Shown here piece by piece: positions 13,525 through 26,743 of a stretch of DNA of 64,000 bases. The first letter of the stretch is position 1, and the number at the start of each line of letters is the position of its first letter. A model generated the notes under the pieces. That model worked only from the letters and a program-made list of their open reading frames with translations, did no database searches and was not told the origin of the DNA. Origin of the DNA: Octopus vulgaris (lineage: Eukaryota); the NCBI GenBank assembly GCA_951406725.2, contig OX597822.1, positions 22,320,001 through 22,384,000 on the forward strand, given 5' to 3'. Position numbers and translations under genes: made by a program.

Positions 13525-14072
13525 TGGTGGCTTCCCCCTCGTTATCGAGTATGGCCATTGCATGAAACTTAATCTATGCTGTTATCGTGCAATGCCTGTG
13601 CAAGAAGATTTTTTTTAAAGTGAGGAAAGGCTGTGCACTGAGTCAATCCCACTCACTAAGCAACAGCATCCATTGTCCGAAAAGAAGAACAAGTCAACAT
13701 CATCGGTAACTACTGAGCCGCATGTTTTATATCGGAGTTATCCCAGTTACCTGAGTTACCTTCTCCTAGAAGGATGCCCTAACAAAGGCTAGGAGTCCTT
13801 CACTCCCAATGGTTTAACCGCACGATTGGGTATTCAGTCCGATTATTTCTATGTCCCTGCACATGATACAGCCTAAAGACATTTATTGGATGGCTGTTGA
13901 CTCTCAAGAGTTCCTTCGCCCTTTGACGGGTTTTGTTTTTCATCCTGCAGGGTGTCCAATAAACACCCTCCTCACCAAGCAAGCTTGGTGGGGTTGCTGG
14001 TTTAGTTGCCAGCAACTCGACCATGCAACAAGTTATACTGGATTACATGTTACCAGTAGCACTCGAAAGTGA
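13525..14072. mobile_element. Unclassified interspersed repeat, possibly RTE 5'UTR-derived
   Basis: More GC/CpG-rich block bounded by (ACAT)n tracts; no internal homologue in the window to confirm. Confidence 0.35.
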
Positions 14073-14076
14073 CCTG

Positions 14077-14203
14077 ACATACATACATACATACATACAT
14101 ACATACATACATACATACATACATACATACATACATACATACATACATACATACATACATACATACATACATACATACATACATACATACATACATACAT
14201 ACA
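14077..14203. repeat. (ACAT)n microsatellite
   Basis: Directly visible, about 30 units. Confidence 0.97.
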
Positions 14204-15252
14204 TGCATGCATGTATGCATTTATATAGGGAACAGTTTTTGATGTTGACATAATGAAGAATATGACTGCTCCTGGTTCTAGTTCCCTTATCTAGATTTTA
14301 ACATGTTTTTCATTTGTGTCCTTTAAAGTTTGTTTGAACAGTGAAGTTCTTAAATTCATCAGCATTTCTAGACTTTCACAATATTATCAGGATGTAAGGT
14401 GTCATTGCTGACTCCTTTGTGATAGGCAAATGTGATTTCTATAACCCTTACCACTAAAGTTTGTTAAGATATTTATATGATTAGGCCAGAATTTAAAGAC
14501 TGATTACTAGATTAATCAATTAGTCATATGTCTATTTTGTTTGTAGTATGTGTGCTGTTTACGTGTTTATTGTGGTGTGTCATAACTAACACTGCCATCA
14601 TTATTCATTTATTTAAGTGGAGAAATCTTTGCAGTGTTATTTACTAGTGTTCTTTTATGCAGTTTTGTGTTATAAAGCTTAGTATGTGGCAGTTGCCCCT
14701 TCTAGTGTAGTGTGATATAAGTAAATGTTGTTTGACTGCTGTATACATGTGTGTGTGTATCAAATATCAATTTGACTTAACTCCTACCGTACATGTAACT
14801 CCTGCCAAATACAGTGAGTGCTACTTTTGTTTGTTTACTTACTTATGTATCTGCATGTATGTGTGTGTGTGTGTGTGGTACATAATTATATCATTGTATC
14901 ATCCAGGCTATCAGAGGTTGTTATACACCACTGACCACAAAGCACTTCTGCACATTGTAGCTTTCGAATGATGTCACTCTCCTGCCTTAGCTTTAGTAGG
15001 TAGTCCAACGTTCCCCTGAGCAGAAAGTCAGTTTGTCAAAGAGTTACTCATTTACAGTCGAGTGGAAGTAAAGTGCTTTCTTGAGAACACAATGCACCAC
15101 TGGTCTAGGAATTGAAACCATGATCGCAAAACAGATTAAGCAACACTAATAATAAATAAAAAAACATAAAAATTAGCAAACTTTTGATGGTTTTCTTGAC
15201 ATTTCAAAGTTATGATGCTAGGTGTTTCCAATATTTTGTCCAACCTCTGTAT

Positions 15253-15642
15253 ATCATCATCATCATCATTCATCATTTAACGTCCGCTTTCCATGCTAGC
15301 ATGGGTTGGACGATTTTGACTGAGGGCTAGCAACCAGATGGCTGCACCAGGCTCCAGGCTTGATCTGGCAGAGTTTCTACAGCTGGATGCCCTTCCTAAT
15401 GCCAACCACTCTGAGAGTGTAATGGGTGCTTTTTACGTGCCACCTCCACAGGGCCAGTCAGGCGGTACTGGCAATGACCTCGCTCGAATCTTTTTACATG
15501 TGCTACCGGCACAGGTGCCAGTGAAGCGATGTTGATAACGATCACGCTCGAATGGTGCCCTTTTACGTGCCAGTTGGCTGCTCTGGCAACAATCACACTC
15601 GAATGGTGTTCTTGGCACCCTACTAGCACAGGCATAAGTGCC
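15253..15642 (-). mobile_element. RTE 3' UTR/tail fragment
   Basis: (CAT)n-TTTAACGTCCGCTTTCCATGCTAGCATGGGTTGGACG is identical to the terminus of the RTE at ~60890-60950. Confidence 0.88.
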
Positions 15643-15896
15643 AGTATATATATAAATACACATACACACATACACACAGAGTTACATATATGTATATGTA
15701 TGCTTGTACGTTTTACATCTATTTTTCAATGTTAATATGAGTTAGACAAATATATTATTGATGCTTTGTTTTAAAGCCAGATGACCTTCTTGTCACTAAC
15801 CTCTATCTCTTTTTCAAGTAAAAGATGTCTTATTCCACATAGCTTCAGAGGCATTAAGGAGGTGAATGATTTATTGACAGGAGTAATAGCAACATT

Positions 15897-16565
15897 CATA
15901 TCATATCATATCATATCATATCATATCATATCATATCATATCATATCATATCATATCATATCATATCATATCATATCATATCATATCATATCATATCATA
16001 TCATATCATATCATATCATATCATATCATATCATATCATATAACCAGTGTTGGTGTGTTTACATCCCCATATCTTAGTGATTCAGCAAAAGTGACTGCTA
16101 GAATAATACCAGGCTGAAATTATAAGTACTCAGTTTGATTTGTTTGACTAAAATTCTTCAAAGTGGTGCCCCAGCATGGCCACAGTGTAATGACTGAAAC
16201 AAATAAAAGATGAAAAAAAAGATACTTCTCTCAGTTTTTGTCTTTCAAACTCACTTGCAAGACTGGTTAACAATGGGGCTACTGTAGAAGACACTTGCCC
16301 GATATCATATCATATCATATCATATCATATCATATCATATCATCATCATATCATATCATATCATATCATATCTTATATATATATTATATTATATCATATT
16401 ATATATATAATATATTATATTATATTATATTATATTATATTATATTATATTATATTATATTATATTATATTATATTATATTATATGATATATATCATATC
16501 ATATCATATCATATCATATCATTATAATTTTCATATCATATCATATCATATCATATCATATCATA
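15897..16565. repeat. Two (CATAT)n/(TATAT)n pentanucleotide tracts around SINE fragments
   Basis: Tracts at 15897-16041 and ~16303-16565; SINE pieces between them. Confidence 0.92.
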
Positions 16566-18722
16566 TTACATTACACTATTAATTTTACTAGTTGCTCAAG
16601 TTTGAGAAAGACTGTTTTGCAATTTCTTACTGAACAACCTACACAGATGAGTTATTTATTGTGATCAAATGTTTATACTGCACATTAGCTCACTCCTTCC
16701 ATCAAATTGATATTGCCTGTACAGATGCACTGTGTGTCACACTCAGATGTGTGTGTGTGTGTGTGTTCATGTATACACGTGCATATATGTATATAAATTT
16801 ATGTATATTCTCTCTCACACACTCTCTTTCTCTAACATATATGCATATACGTATTGAAGTTGGAGGGGGCTTGTGTGTGTGTGTGTGTGTGCATGAGCAT
16901 GCACATAAATATGTGTGTATGTGTGTGTGTGTGCATGAGCATGCACATAAATATGTGTGTATGTGTGTGTGTGTTCTGGGATAATTGTAACCAGCAGCTC
17001 TTTGTTTTCACATACAGTAGTATCACTACATCAGTCTGCTATTTCAGTTTCTATGCTTCATCTGATAATCTGTCTTTATTTCTATATTTCCCTGCTGCTG
17101 GTTAGTTTGGGAAGTTTTCAAATGAAAACGTAAATTGAATTTAGTTTCAAAGATATCTAATTATAACATCAAATGACAAACTTGGCTAGATGAAAAGAGT
17201 GACACCTGGATATTCTTTCAAGCGAAAAGTGGAAACTTTCTGAATGTCATATGTGGGGAGTCTGTGAATACTTTGTGTGTCATAAAAGTTTAAAGGTGAT
17301 TTTATCAGAGAAACTCTGTTTGTGATTGATGAATGCACTAAGACTCAGTGATTTTTAAATCAAAGTGATGCATTTGAATCCTTATGTGAAGTATATCAAG
17401 AGGAGTCTAACTCCAGTGTAATTCACGTGCCTTTGCCTTTAGCCTTCAGGGTAACTTCTATCTAGTAAAGGACCTGATAGAAATTGTAATTTAATCTCAC
17501 ATAAACCACATGTTGCAATCTTGAAAGAAGAAAGGCAATGTTACATTATATATTGCAGATATTAGATAAAAGATGGAATGGTCTGAACTACAAGGTCGTT
17601 TTCTTCTATCATTTCATCAGAGAATGAAGAACAATGCCCAAGACTAAATTTTTTCAGGATCTCTAAGACTGGTCAGGTTCAGTGGTAAGGTATCCACAAA
17701 CTGGAGACTTGATCCGAATGCTTGCAACAAGGTTGACTCAACTTGGAGTACCAAACATCCAGGATTTATGTTAATCTGAATGATGGTTTAGACTAACAAC
17801 ACAATGACTCAGGACACAAAAGAGTTGGAATAAACAGCACAAGGCATCTTGTTTAATTCCTTCACTGATCCATAATTCTCAATGGTATATTATTTTATCA
17901 ATCCCACATGGACGAAAGACAAATTTAAACTCAACAGGATTTGAACTCAGAACACAAGGAGTTGAAACAAATACAAGACAATTTTGTTCTAAACTCTAGC
18001 AAGTTTTATTGGAGGTATTCCAACTATTGCCATCTGATCTTTTATTTCAGGCATTGTCTACTAAATCTACAGCATCCAATAAAATAAGGGAAAAGCTTTA
18101 AGTAGTCATGCACTTTCTAAAACTAGCTGCAAATCTCCCTCAAATCACAGCTGACCCTCTTATTAAAGAAAAGACACCTTTGATAATGTAGTCCTAGAGA
18201 CCCTTAAAAAATAACATTGATATCAAGCTTACATATGGCTAAACAACAACCAACATGCTTTCAGTATATATTACTGGTATATAGAAAGTATTGCTTGTTC
18301 AACATGAAAAGAGCTGAAGTGACAATATTGAACTCATTAGTGTTTGTAGAGTTAACACAAGCGACACCCTGTAGCAAAGAAGATGATAGAGAAATGCTTT
18401 AACTCTAATGATTGACACAACATTATTACATGCTTGGATTGATAGAGTGACACATAAGAGAACTGATTTATAAGAATGTTAAAACTGATGGATGTAAAAA
18501 TTGTATGTAGAATCACTGCAAAACTAATACAATGTATCTTTGCTTTGGTTTAAGTGCATTTTGAGTGTATGCCAGAATGTGGAATCACTGATGTCATATC
18601 TTTCGAAAATAATGACACATATATCATCATGGTACATGTAAGAGCTTGGTTGGAGAATGAATAAGTTCACCTAGTGAAAATGTTACACTTCACAAACACA
18701 GAAAATGATAGAATAGAAAAAC

Positions 18723-18759
<37 letters not shown>

Positions 18760-18762
18760 CAC

Positions 18763-18836
<74 letters not shown>

Positions 18837-18911
18837 TCTATAAAATAATATGTTACAATTACTCAATAGTCAAGATAAAACTCTGAGTTTCAGATGCCAT
18901 ATATATATATG

Positions 18912-19071
18912 TAATTAAGAAAAATAACCTCTATTAAATAATTCAATAGTGAAAGACTTTATCTATATCATATAGGAAAATATTTATTCTTGTATATTTA
19001 AATTTTTCTAAATGATATAGATAAAGTTTTTCACTATTGAGATACTTAATAAAGGTTATTTCTCTTAATTA
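18912..19071. repeat. Imperfect AT-rich inverted repeat (~70-bp arms)
   Basis: TAATTAAGA..CAATAGTGAAA.ACTTTATCTATATCAT vs ATGATATAGATAAAGT.TTTCACTATTG..TCTTAATTA. Confidence 0.85.
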
Positions 19072-19192
19072 TATATATATATATATATATATTATATATT
19101 ATGAAATTTGATTTGGAATTGCTAAATTGAATTTTTCCCTGTAAGTTTGGAATTATATTCCCTACTATTATTATTATATATAACATACATAC

Positions 19193-19489
19193 ATCATCAT
19201 CATCATTGTTTAACATCTGCTTTCCATGCCAGCATGGGTTGGACGATTTGACTGAGGACTGGCAAACCAGATGGCTGCACCAGGCTCCAATCTTGATTTG
19301 GCAGAGTTTCTACAGCTGGATGCCCTTCCTAATGCCAACCACTCCAAGAGTGTAATGGGTGCTTTTACGTGCCACCGGCACGAGGGCCAGTCGGGCGGTA
19401 CTGGCAATGGTCACGGAAAATCATGTTTTTTTCCATATGTCACCTGCACACCGGCACAAGTGCCGGTAAGGCGACGCTGGTAACGATCA
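19193..19489 (-). mobile_element. RTE 3' UTR/tail fragment
   Basis: Closely matches 15253-15540. Confidence 0.88.
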
Positions 19490-19555
19490 TATAATTTACT
19501 ATTCTGTTAAGGTAGTATCCACAAAAAAAGTAAACCATCCAGTGAGAGATAAATT

Positions 19556-19721
19556 TCATTTAATGTACACAGTATTTAAATAAGAGCTACTATTAGTTTC
19601 CTGCCACAGAAACACTGAAATTAGATAGATTAGGAACTTCATATAAACCTGCCTAATCTCAGTGTCTCTATGGCAAGAAACTATTTATAGCTCTTATTTT
19701 AAATACTGAGAACATTAAATG

Positions 19722-19722
<1 letters not shown>
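19556..19722. repeat. Imperfect inverted repeat (~75-bp arms)
   Basis: TCATTTAATGT..AAATAAGAGCTA..TGCCA.AGA.ACACTGA vs TCAGTGTCTCTATGGCA..TAGCTCTTATTT..ACATTAAATGA. Confidence 0.85.
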
Positions 19723-19768
<46 letters not shown>

Positions 19769-20233
19769 GTATGTACCTGAGTAAAACTTACCAGGTAATA
19801 AGCTATTGATGGTTTTTACATTATCAAGATTAAATGTTTTGGTAAGTTTAAATTGAAGCTAAAGTCACTTAGTAGCTATCTTATTAATTCGTTTTCTATC
19901 ATACATGTTTTTGAAATGCAGTAGCATTCATTGCATGCTTCTTACATTAATTATTGATCTATGAGTATTTTATGATGATAAGAGTAACACATTAGGGTGG
20001 AACAAATATCACATGGAACATTTATCAAAAATACCAGTTTATGAATATTCTCACTAATATCAATTCAGTATGCTTCTTGCTTCTTCTAATTAGGATAACC
20101 ATGTATCTCCTCTGCTGCAAGACACCTGTCTAACCTCTCATTACCAAGCACAAAGTCACCCCACTCAATACTACACTCACCTCATTTGAGGGATCTTGTC
20201 TTGCAAGTTGGTGAATTTGCTGGTGCTAATACC

Positions 20234-20442
20234 TATTTCTTTATTACCCACAAGGGGCTAAACACAGAGGGGACAAACAAGGACAGACATAGGTATTAAG
20301 TCGCATACATCGACCCCAGTGCATAACTGGTACTTAATTTATCGAAGGCAAAGTCGACCTCGGCGGAATTTGAACTCAGAACGTAACGGCAGCTGAAATA
20401 CCGCTAAGCATTTCGCCTGATGTGCTAACGTTTCTGCCAGCT
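20234..20442 (-). mobile_element. tRNA-derived SINE with 9-bp TSD, inserted in an older RTE-tail-type repeat
   Basis: Reverse complement of 26525-26743; flanked by GCTAATACC at 20225-20233 and 20440-20448. Confidence 0.85.
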
Positions 20443-20931
20443 AATACCACATAAAAAGCATCCAGTACTCTTTATAAGGTGTTTAGCATTAAGAAGGTAT
20501 CAAGCTGTAAAACCATGCTAATGCAGTCAGTAGAGGTTGGTGCAGTCCTCAGGTTTGCAAGCTCCTATCAAACCACCCAGTCAATGCTAGCATGGAAAAT
20601 GGATGTTAAATGATGATGATGATGATGATACATATTCACATATATGCATGCACACATATACTCACATGCCACCCTATCTCTCTTTTACCCATTCTGTCTC
20701 TCTCCTCCACTCACTCACCCTTATAGCAATAAATCTGTTCCTTCATCATACTTAATCCTTTCCTCATCTTGCTTACAATCATCATCCTCTCTCTCATTTT
20801 TCACTCAGTATAATAATTCCTTAGTCTTACCAGTTAAAAGATGACCTCACTATAACTGGTATCACAAAACACAAAGCCCAATAAATTCTGTAAAGTGGAT
20901 AATATTAGGAAGTGTATCCAACTACAGGAAC

Positions 20932-21182
20932 TGTTGTGGTGAGAGTCATTGACACCCTTGGGGGATTTTAAAAATGGACTAGCTGGACTCTTATGAGGAG
21001 TAATGTATTGGTTGAGACAAGGTTTGATAAGAGTCGTTAAGAGATCCGTTGAGTCGATGTATTACTTCCACGCTGAACATGCACCAAACCTGTAAGTTGC
21101 TGTAATGGTAATTGTTTGAATTACTGTGTATTGGTCCCATCACTAGAATGTGGTAGGGGTTTGATTCCCCTGCTCACAATAT
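20932..21182 (+). repeat. 5' LTR (3' boundary uncertain)
   Basis: First ~90 bp align to 25642-25730; followed by the putative PBS TGGATGCAGC at ~21185. Confidence 0.75.
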
Positions 21183-21433
21183 ATTGGATGCAGCTGTGCA
21201 GTGTTAATCAGCAAGAAGAGATGTCTTCTTGGGGTTAAAAAATCGCACTAAAATCAGTTCGAGTGAAAAACAAGGGTGCTAACAAGAGTGCTTAGCACAG
21301 CGGAAGACAAGAATGCTGAGTGCAATGAACAATACTACTGGGGATATAAAAGTGGTAATGAGATATTCGAAGCTTGCATTGGACATTAAAATTTGTTTTT
21401 GATACAAAATAATCAAAGAAAAAAATCATTAAC

Positions 21434-24400
21434 ATGGAAGACCCATTGGCTTGCATGGTGCAGTTGCAACAGTAACAACAGCAATTACAACAACAACTAC
21501 AACAGCAACAAAAACAATATCAACAGTTACTGGAAGTAATGTTGAAGAAGTCTGAAAATACTTCAGGTTCGTTCTCATCAGACGGTGTAGTAAACTCAAT
21601 TGGAGAATTTATTTTATAACCCAGAAGAAGGTACTACTTTTTCTGCATATTTTAGAAAATACGAAGAAATCTTCAAAGAAGAATGTAATATGTGGAATAA
21701 TGAGAAGAAGGTGTGACTACTTTTAAGAAAGTTATCCCCAGCTGAACACAAAAAATACCGTAATTATATTCTGCCAATAAACAAGGTGAGATTTGTTTTG
21801 ATGAATCAATTAATTTATTATCGAGAATTTTCAGTGAAAGAATTTCCCTATTTAATACTTGTTGGCAGTGTTTAAATTTAGTTAAAAAAGATGATGGAGA
21901 TTTCGTCACCTATGCTGAGGTTGTTAACAGAGAGTGTGAAAAATTCAATTTAAATAAATTAACCCCAGATTTTTGTCTAATTTTTGTTCAAGGGTTAACT
22001 GAAAGAAAAGATACTGAAATACGTTCCCATATATTAACAAAATTAGAACAGGAACAAAAATTAACTCTACAGGCAGTAGCTGAAGAATGCCAGAGGATTA
22101 TAAATTTAAGACATGACACAGATAAAATTGAAAAAGATTGCTCTCATATACATGCGTATCAACCTGAAACAGATAAGAAAAAGGAAAAATTAACATCAAG
22201 AACAAATCCATGCCATAGGTGCTGAGGTTCACATTTTAGAAGTAATTGTCGTTTTAAAAATCATAAATGTTTTGAATGTGGAAAAATCAGACCTAAAAGC
22301 TCGTATTGTATAGCGAAACAGAAAAAAAGGTTCAAACAAAAAAGATTCTAGGAAGAATGTATTGTTAAAAAAAATTCTAAGCGAGGCTCAGAAAATAAAA
22401 TTTGTGTTCATAAAAATGAATAATGTGAATATCAAGTTACAATTGGATATGGGCAGTGATATCATGATAATTAATACACATACATGGAGAAAATAGGGAA
22501 ACCAAGATTAAAGGTAACTTCAAAAATTGCACAAGGTGTTTCAGGAAAAAAATTGCATTTTATGGGTGAAATTATAAGTAATGTCACATTTCATGGAAAA
22601 ACCTTCAAATACAACGATTTTTTTGGAACAGTCTGGATGGACCTATTTAACTTATGGGACCTCCCCATAAATATTTTTTGTAAAAATGTGAATGGTTCTT
22701 TCACCAGTACAAATAAGGTGTCAGAGGATTTAAAAAAAGAATTTTAAAAAATTTTTTATGAAGTTTCTTTTGATGAATTGGGTCTTTGCACCAAAACAGA
22801 GGTGAAGTTTCAAGTGAAAGAAAATGCTATATGAGTTTTTAATCCAAATCAAATGGTACCTTTCACAGCATTGAAACAAGTCAACGAAGAGTTGGATAGA
22901 CTTGAAGAGCTTGGCGTTATTGAAAAAATTGATTACACAAAATGGGCATCTCCAACAGATTATGTCAAGGAAAAAAATAATAAAATCCAAGTATGAGCTG
23001 ATTTTTCAATGGGATTAAACGAATGTTTGATGCCATATAATGACCTGTTTCTGATTCTGGAGGAAATTTTCATAAAGTTGCATGGAGGAAAATTTTTTTC
23101 AAAGTTGGACCTATCTGAAGCATATTTGCAGGTGAAAGTCGATGAGGAATGTTCAAAATTATTGACAATAAATACCCATAAAGGGTTGTATAAATTTAAT
23201 CGACTCCTCTTAGGTATAAAGATAGCACCTGGCATTTTCCAGCAAGTTATGGACATTATGTTCGCAGGTTCAGATTTCACTGTAGCTTACCTTGATGACA
23301 TACTCATAAAAAGTGAATCTCGAGGTCAGCATGCTGAGCATGTTAAAAAGGTCTTTAAAAGAATAAAAGATTATGGGTTTAAGCTCAGCGAGGAAAAGTG
23401 TGAATTTTTTATGCCAAGGGCAGATTCTTGATGAAAATGGATGCAGACCAGACCCGTCTAGGGTGAGTGCAATAAAAAATATGCCTCCCCCAACAAACAT
23501 TGGATGCAGCTGTGCAGTGTTAATCAGCAAGAAGAGATGTCTTCTTGGGGTTAAAACATCGCACTAAAATCAGTTCGAGTGAAAAACAAGGGTTAGGGTT
23601 AGGGTTAGGGTTAGGGTTAGCATTTTTTTTTACAAGCATTTTGGGGGCTCGTAAATTACCACCAGATATACATGCCGAATATGCATGATTTAAGAGCACC
23701 CCTGAATAATTTGTTAAAAAAAGACATTACATGGAACTGGTAGGACAAATGCCAGAAAGCTTTTGAAGACATTAAAAAAGGTCTTAATCTTGGAATTGTC
23801 ATTATCACATTTTGACCCGAGTTTAGAAATAGTAGTGGCAGCAGATGCTAGTGAAAGTGGTATTGGAGCTGGGATTTTACACAAATATGAAGATGGTAGC
23901 CTGAAAGCAGTAGCTCATGCTTTGCATTCATTATTGCAGTCAAATAGAAAAAGAGGCATTAGCCATCATATTTGTGGTAAAAAAAAATTTCCATAAATTT
24001 TTACATGGAAGAAGGTTCCATCTGCAGACAGACCACTGCCCATTATTGATGAACTATGGATAAAAAAAGGGTATCCCCACACATACAGCCAACTAATTGC
24101 AGTGCTGGGGAATGATCCTACTGAATCATGACTTCAAAATGGAGTATTTGTCATCAAACAAATTGGGACAAGCAGATGGTTTGTCAAGGTTTCTACCAAA
24201 ATACAATGAACTGCTAGAAGACACAGTGATAGTGGCATTAAAAGCCGAAAATGAAATAAAAAATATATTGTGCAATGTTGTGCATGAATTGCTTGTGACA
24301 TTGGAGGAAATAAAAATTAATGCAGAGATGGACGAGTTTATTATAAAAATGAAAAAATATTGTGATCAGAAGAAACAAATAAAAAATTACATGTGGCTGG

Positions 24401-25539
24401 ATGTAACACAGTTTCAAATTTGTATTCGATATGTGATAATGTGCTTATGTATGCACAGAGGGTTGTAATGCCTACCTCACTACAAGGTCGAATGTTAAAG
24501 GAATTCAAAACTGGACATCCAGGAATTTCTAGGATGAAGTCACTTATGAGGAGTTACGTTTTCTGGCCAAAAATGGATCTAGATACTGAGAAGTTGGTAA
24601 AATCCTGCAGTGGTTCTGCTCTTGCAGTGAAATCACCACCCATAAAATTTCAACCATGGCCCAAGACCGATATTCCATGGTCCAGACTACACATAGACTT
24701 CGCAGGACTGTTAAACTGATCGTATTATCAAAGAGTGGTAGATAGCTTTTCAAAATGGCCAGAAATGTGTTAATGTAGAAAACTGACATCCAGGGAAACA
24801 GGGGAATTTCTACATGAACTTTTTGCTAGGTATGGTGTTCTGGATACCATAGTTTCCGACAACAGTACACAATTCACATGAATTTAAGAATTTTTGCAAG
24901 ATGTATTCCATTGAACATATAACTACTCCTCTGTATCACCCAGGATGAAACGAGCAAGTGGAAAGGTTCATGGATGCATTTAAAGGAGCATTAAAGAAAT
25001 CAGGAAATGAGCTAGTTGATGATACAGCATTGACACAATTCTTGAGGATTTACAGAATAACTCCAAACCCAAATGCTTTTTCAGGCAAGTCACCTGCTGA
25101 ACTAATGTTTGCTCACAAAATAAAGTCAATTTTCGACAAACTGTTACCAGTAAGAAAAACAAACAGGGAAAACATTAAATATATGATAAAGCATTTTAAT
25201 ATTGGTGACAAGGTGTTTTTCAAAATATATAAAAATGGAAGATAAAGTGGGGAAGATGGAGTAGTGACAAAGAGAATAAGAAAAATGACATGTATGATAA
25301 GAGGCAAAAAATGGGAACACAAAAGACATTTAAACCAGCTAAAAAATAGATATACAGAAAAAAAAAGAGATACTCTTGAAAGTGTCCTATGAAATAGATG
25401 TTATTTCACTGTTGTCAATGCACTTGACACCCCAACTACTACAATAAAAGGCTTGCTATCTATTCATGGTTCGAACAACATGAGAAATAGGAAACAAACA
25501 GAATGGCTAGAAGTAGTGCCTAAATGGAAGAAATATTAA
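21434..25539 (+). pseudogene. gag-pol pseudogene
   Basis: Q-rich gag start, two degenerate CCHC knuckles (~22210-22310), protease QLDMGSD (~22440), RT AYLDDILI, RNase H VVAADAS, integrase GHPGISRMK and WSRLHIDFAG; many stops and frameshifts. Confidence 0.92.
23589..23620 (+). repeat. Interstitial telomeric repeat AGGG(TTAGGG)4TTAG
   Basis: Directly visible inside the Gypsy pol region. Confidence 0.95.
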
Positions 25540-25641
25540 ACTTCCTTAGGAGGAAAATCTCAAAAAGGGAAATGCAATGAAAGAAAATAAATAAAAATAA
25601 TAATATTAACTTCCAGCGTAAGTCAATCTCAAAGGGGGAGT

Positions 25642-25849
25642 TGTTGTGGCAAGAGTCATTGACACCCCTGGGAGATTAGAAGAATGGACTAGCAGAACTC
25701 TTATAAAGAGTAGCATATTGGTTGAGACAGTGATCAGTAGGAGTCATTGGGAAGACATTTTGGAGTCTCGTGAAGTATGTTGTGCGAATACATTGATTTT
25801 ACCTCCACGTCGTTAAATTATATATCCAACGTATGCCTAGGATATAAAA
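25642..25849 (+). repeat. 3' LTR
   Basis: Follows the PPT and ends at TSD GGAAC. Confidence 0.8.
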
Positions 25850-26524
25850 GGAACCATACCCAAAATGAGACAGTGGAGCACTAAGTAGTCATCTGATACA
25901 TCAGATCTTATGAAACCATCCAAACCATGTGAACATGGAGAGCAGACATTAATTAATGATGATTATAAAGATGATGATAATGATGACAATGATATATCCT
26001 CATCCTTTTAGATATGCTTTCCACGTTAAATTGTTTTGGAAGGTTTGTCACCACACAAGTCAACTCTTATTGGATTTACTGCCATCAGATGGGTCAGAGA
26101 ACCAGATCACATTTGTTTTATTTTTTGCCCTTCTTGTCACTTACCACTTGACAGAATGTATTTGGTAATTTTATTATGGCACCAACACTAGAGAGGTTGC
26201 CAATTCCTCAAGAAAACAGGTTTTTTGGATTCTCTCTATCTTAATACACTTTCTCTATTTATTCATTAATCACTTTTGCAGAGTATACTGAATGCATTTT
26301 ATCATAGTACCAGTACTGTATATTAACTCATATACACACCCAGGTGTAAAGAGTCTCCACTACTTTGTGACATGAATTTTAGGAGAGAGCAATGATAGAA
26401 GAAGGGCCAGAGTGGGTGGAGGGAGCAAGTGCATAATGGTAGAAACGAGTGGTTAAGGTGAGTAAAAGAGAGTGAATGAAGAGTAATAGTAGAGGGGTGG
26501 ACAATGGCAAGAGATGAGTGATAG

Positions 26525-26743
26525 GGCGGTGAGCTGGCAGAAATGTTAGCATGCTGGGCGAAATGCGAAGCCGTATTTCGTCTGAGTTCAAATTCCGCCG
26601 AGGTCGACTTTGCCTTTCATCCTTTTGGGGTCGATTCAATAAGTACCAGTTACGCACTGGGGTCGAAATAATCGACTTTATCCATTTGTCTGTCCTTGTT
26701 TGTCCTCTCTGTGTTTAATCCCTTGTGGGTAGTAAAGAAATAG
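26525..26743 (+). mobile_element. tRNA-derived SINE
   Basis: GGCGGTGAGCTGGCAGAA head, B-box GAGTTCAAATTCC, GTCGACTTTGCCTTTCATCC body; partner at 20234-20442. Confidence 0.85.

Larger units (their letters stand above)
20932..25849 (+). mobile_element. Decayed Ty3/Gypsy LTR retrotransposon (Mag/K02A2.6-like)
   Basis: LTRs start TGTTGTGG at 20932 and 25642; PPT AAAGGGGGAG 25631-25640; TSD GGAAC at 20927-20931 and 25850-25854; gag-PR-RT-RH-IN order; the flanks rejoin into an RTE-tail-type repeat. Confidence 0.93.

Noticed and set aside
23589-23620. True chromosome end
   Set aside because: Only about 5 units, and Gypsy pol continues collinearly beyond it.
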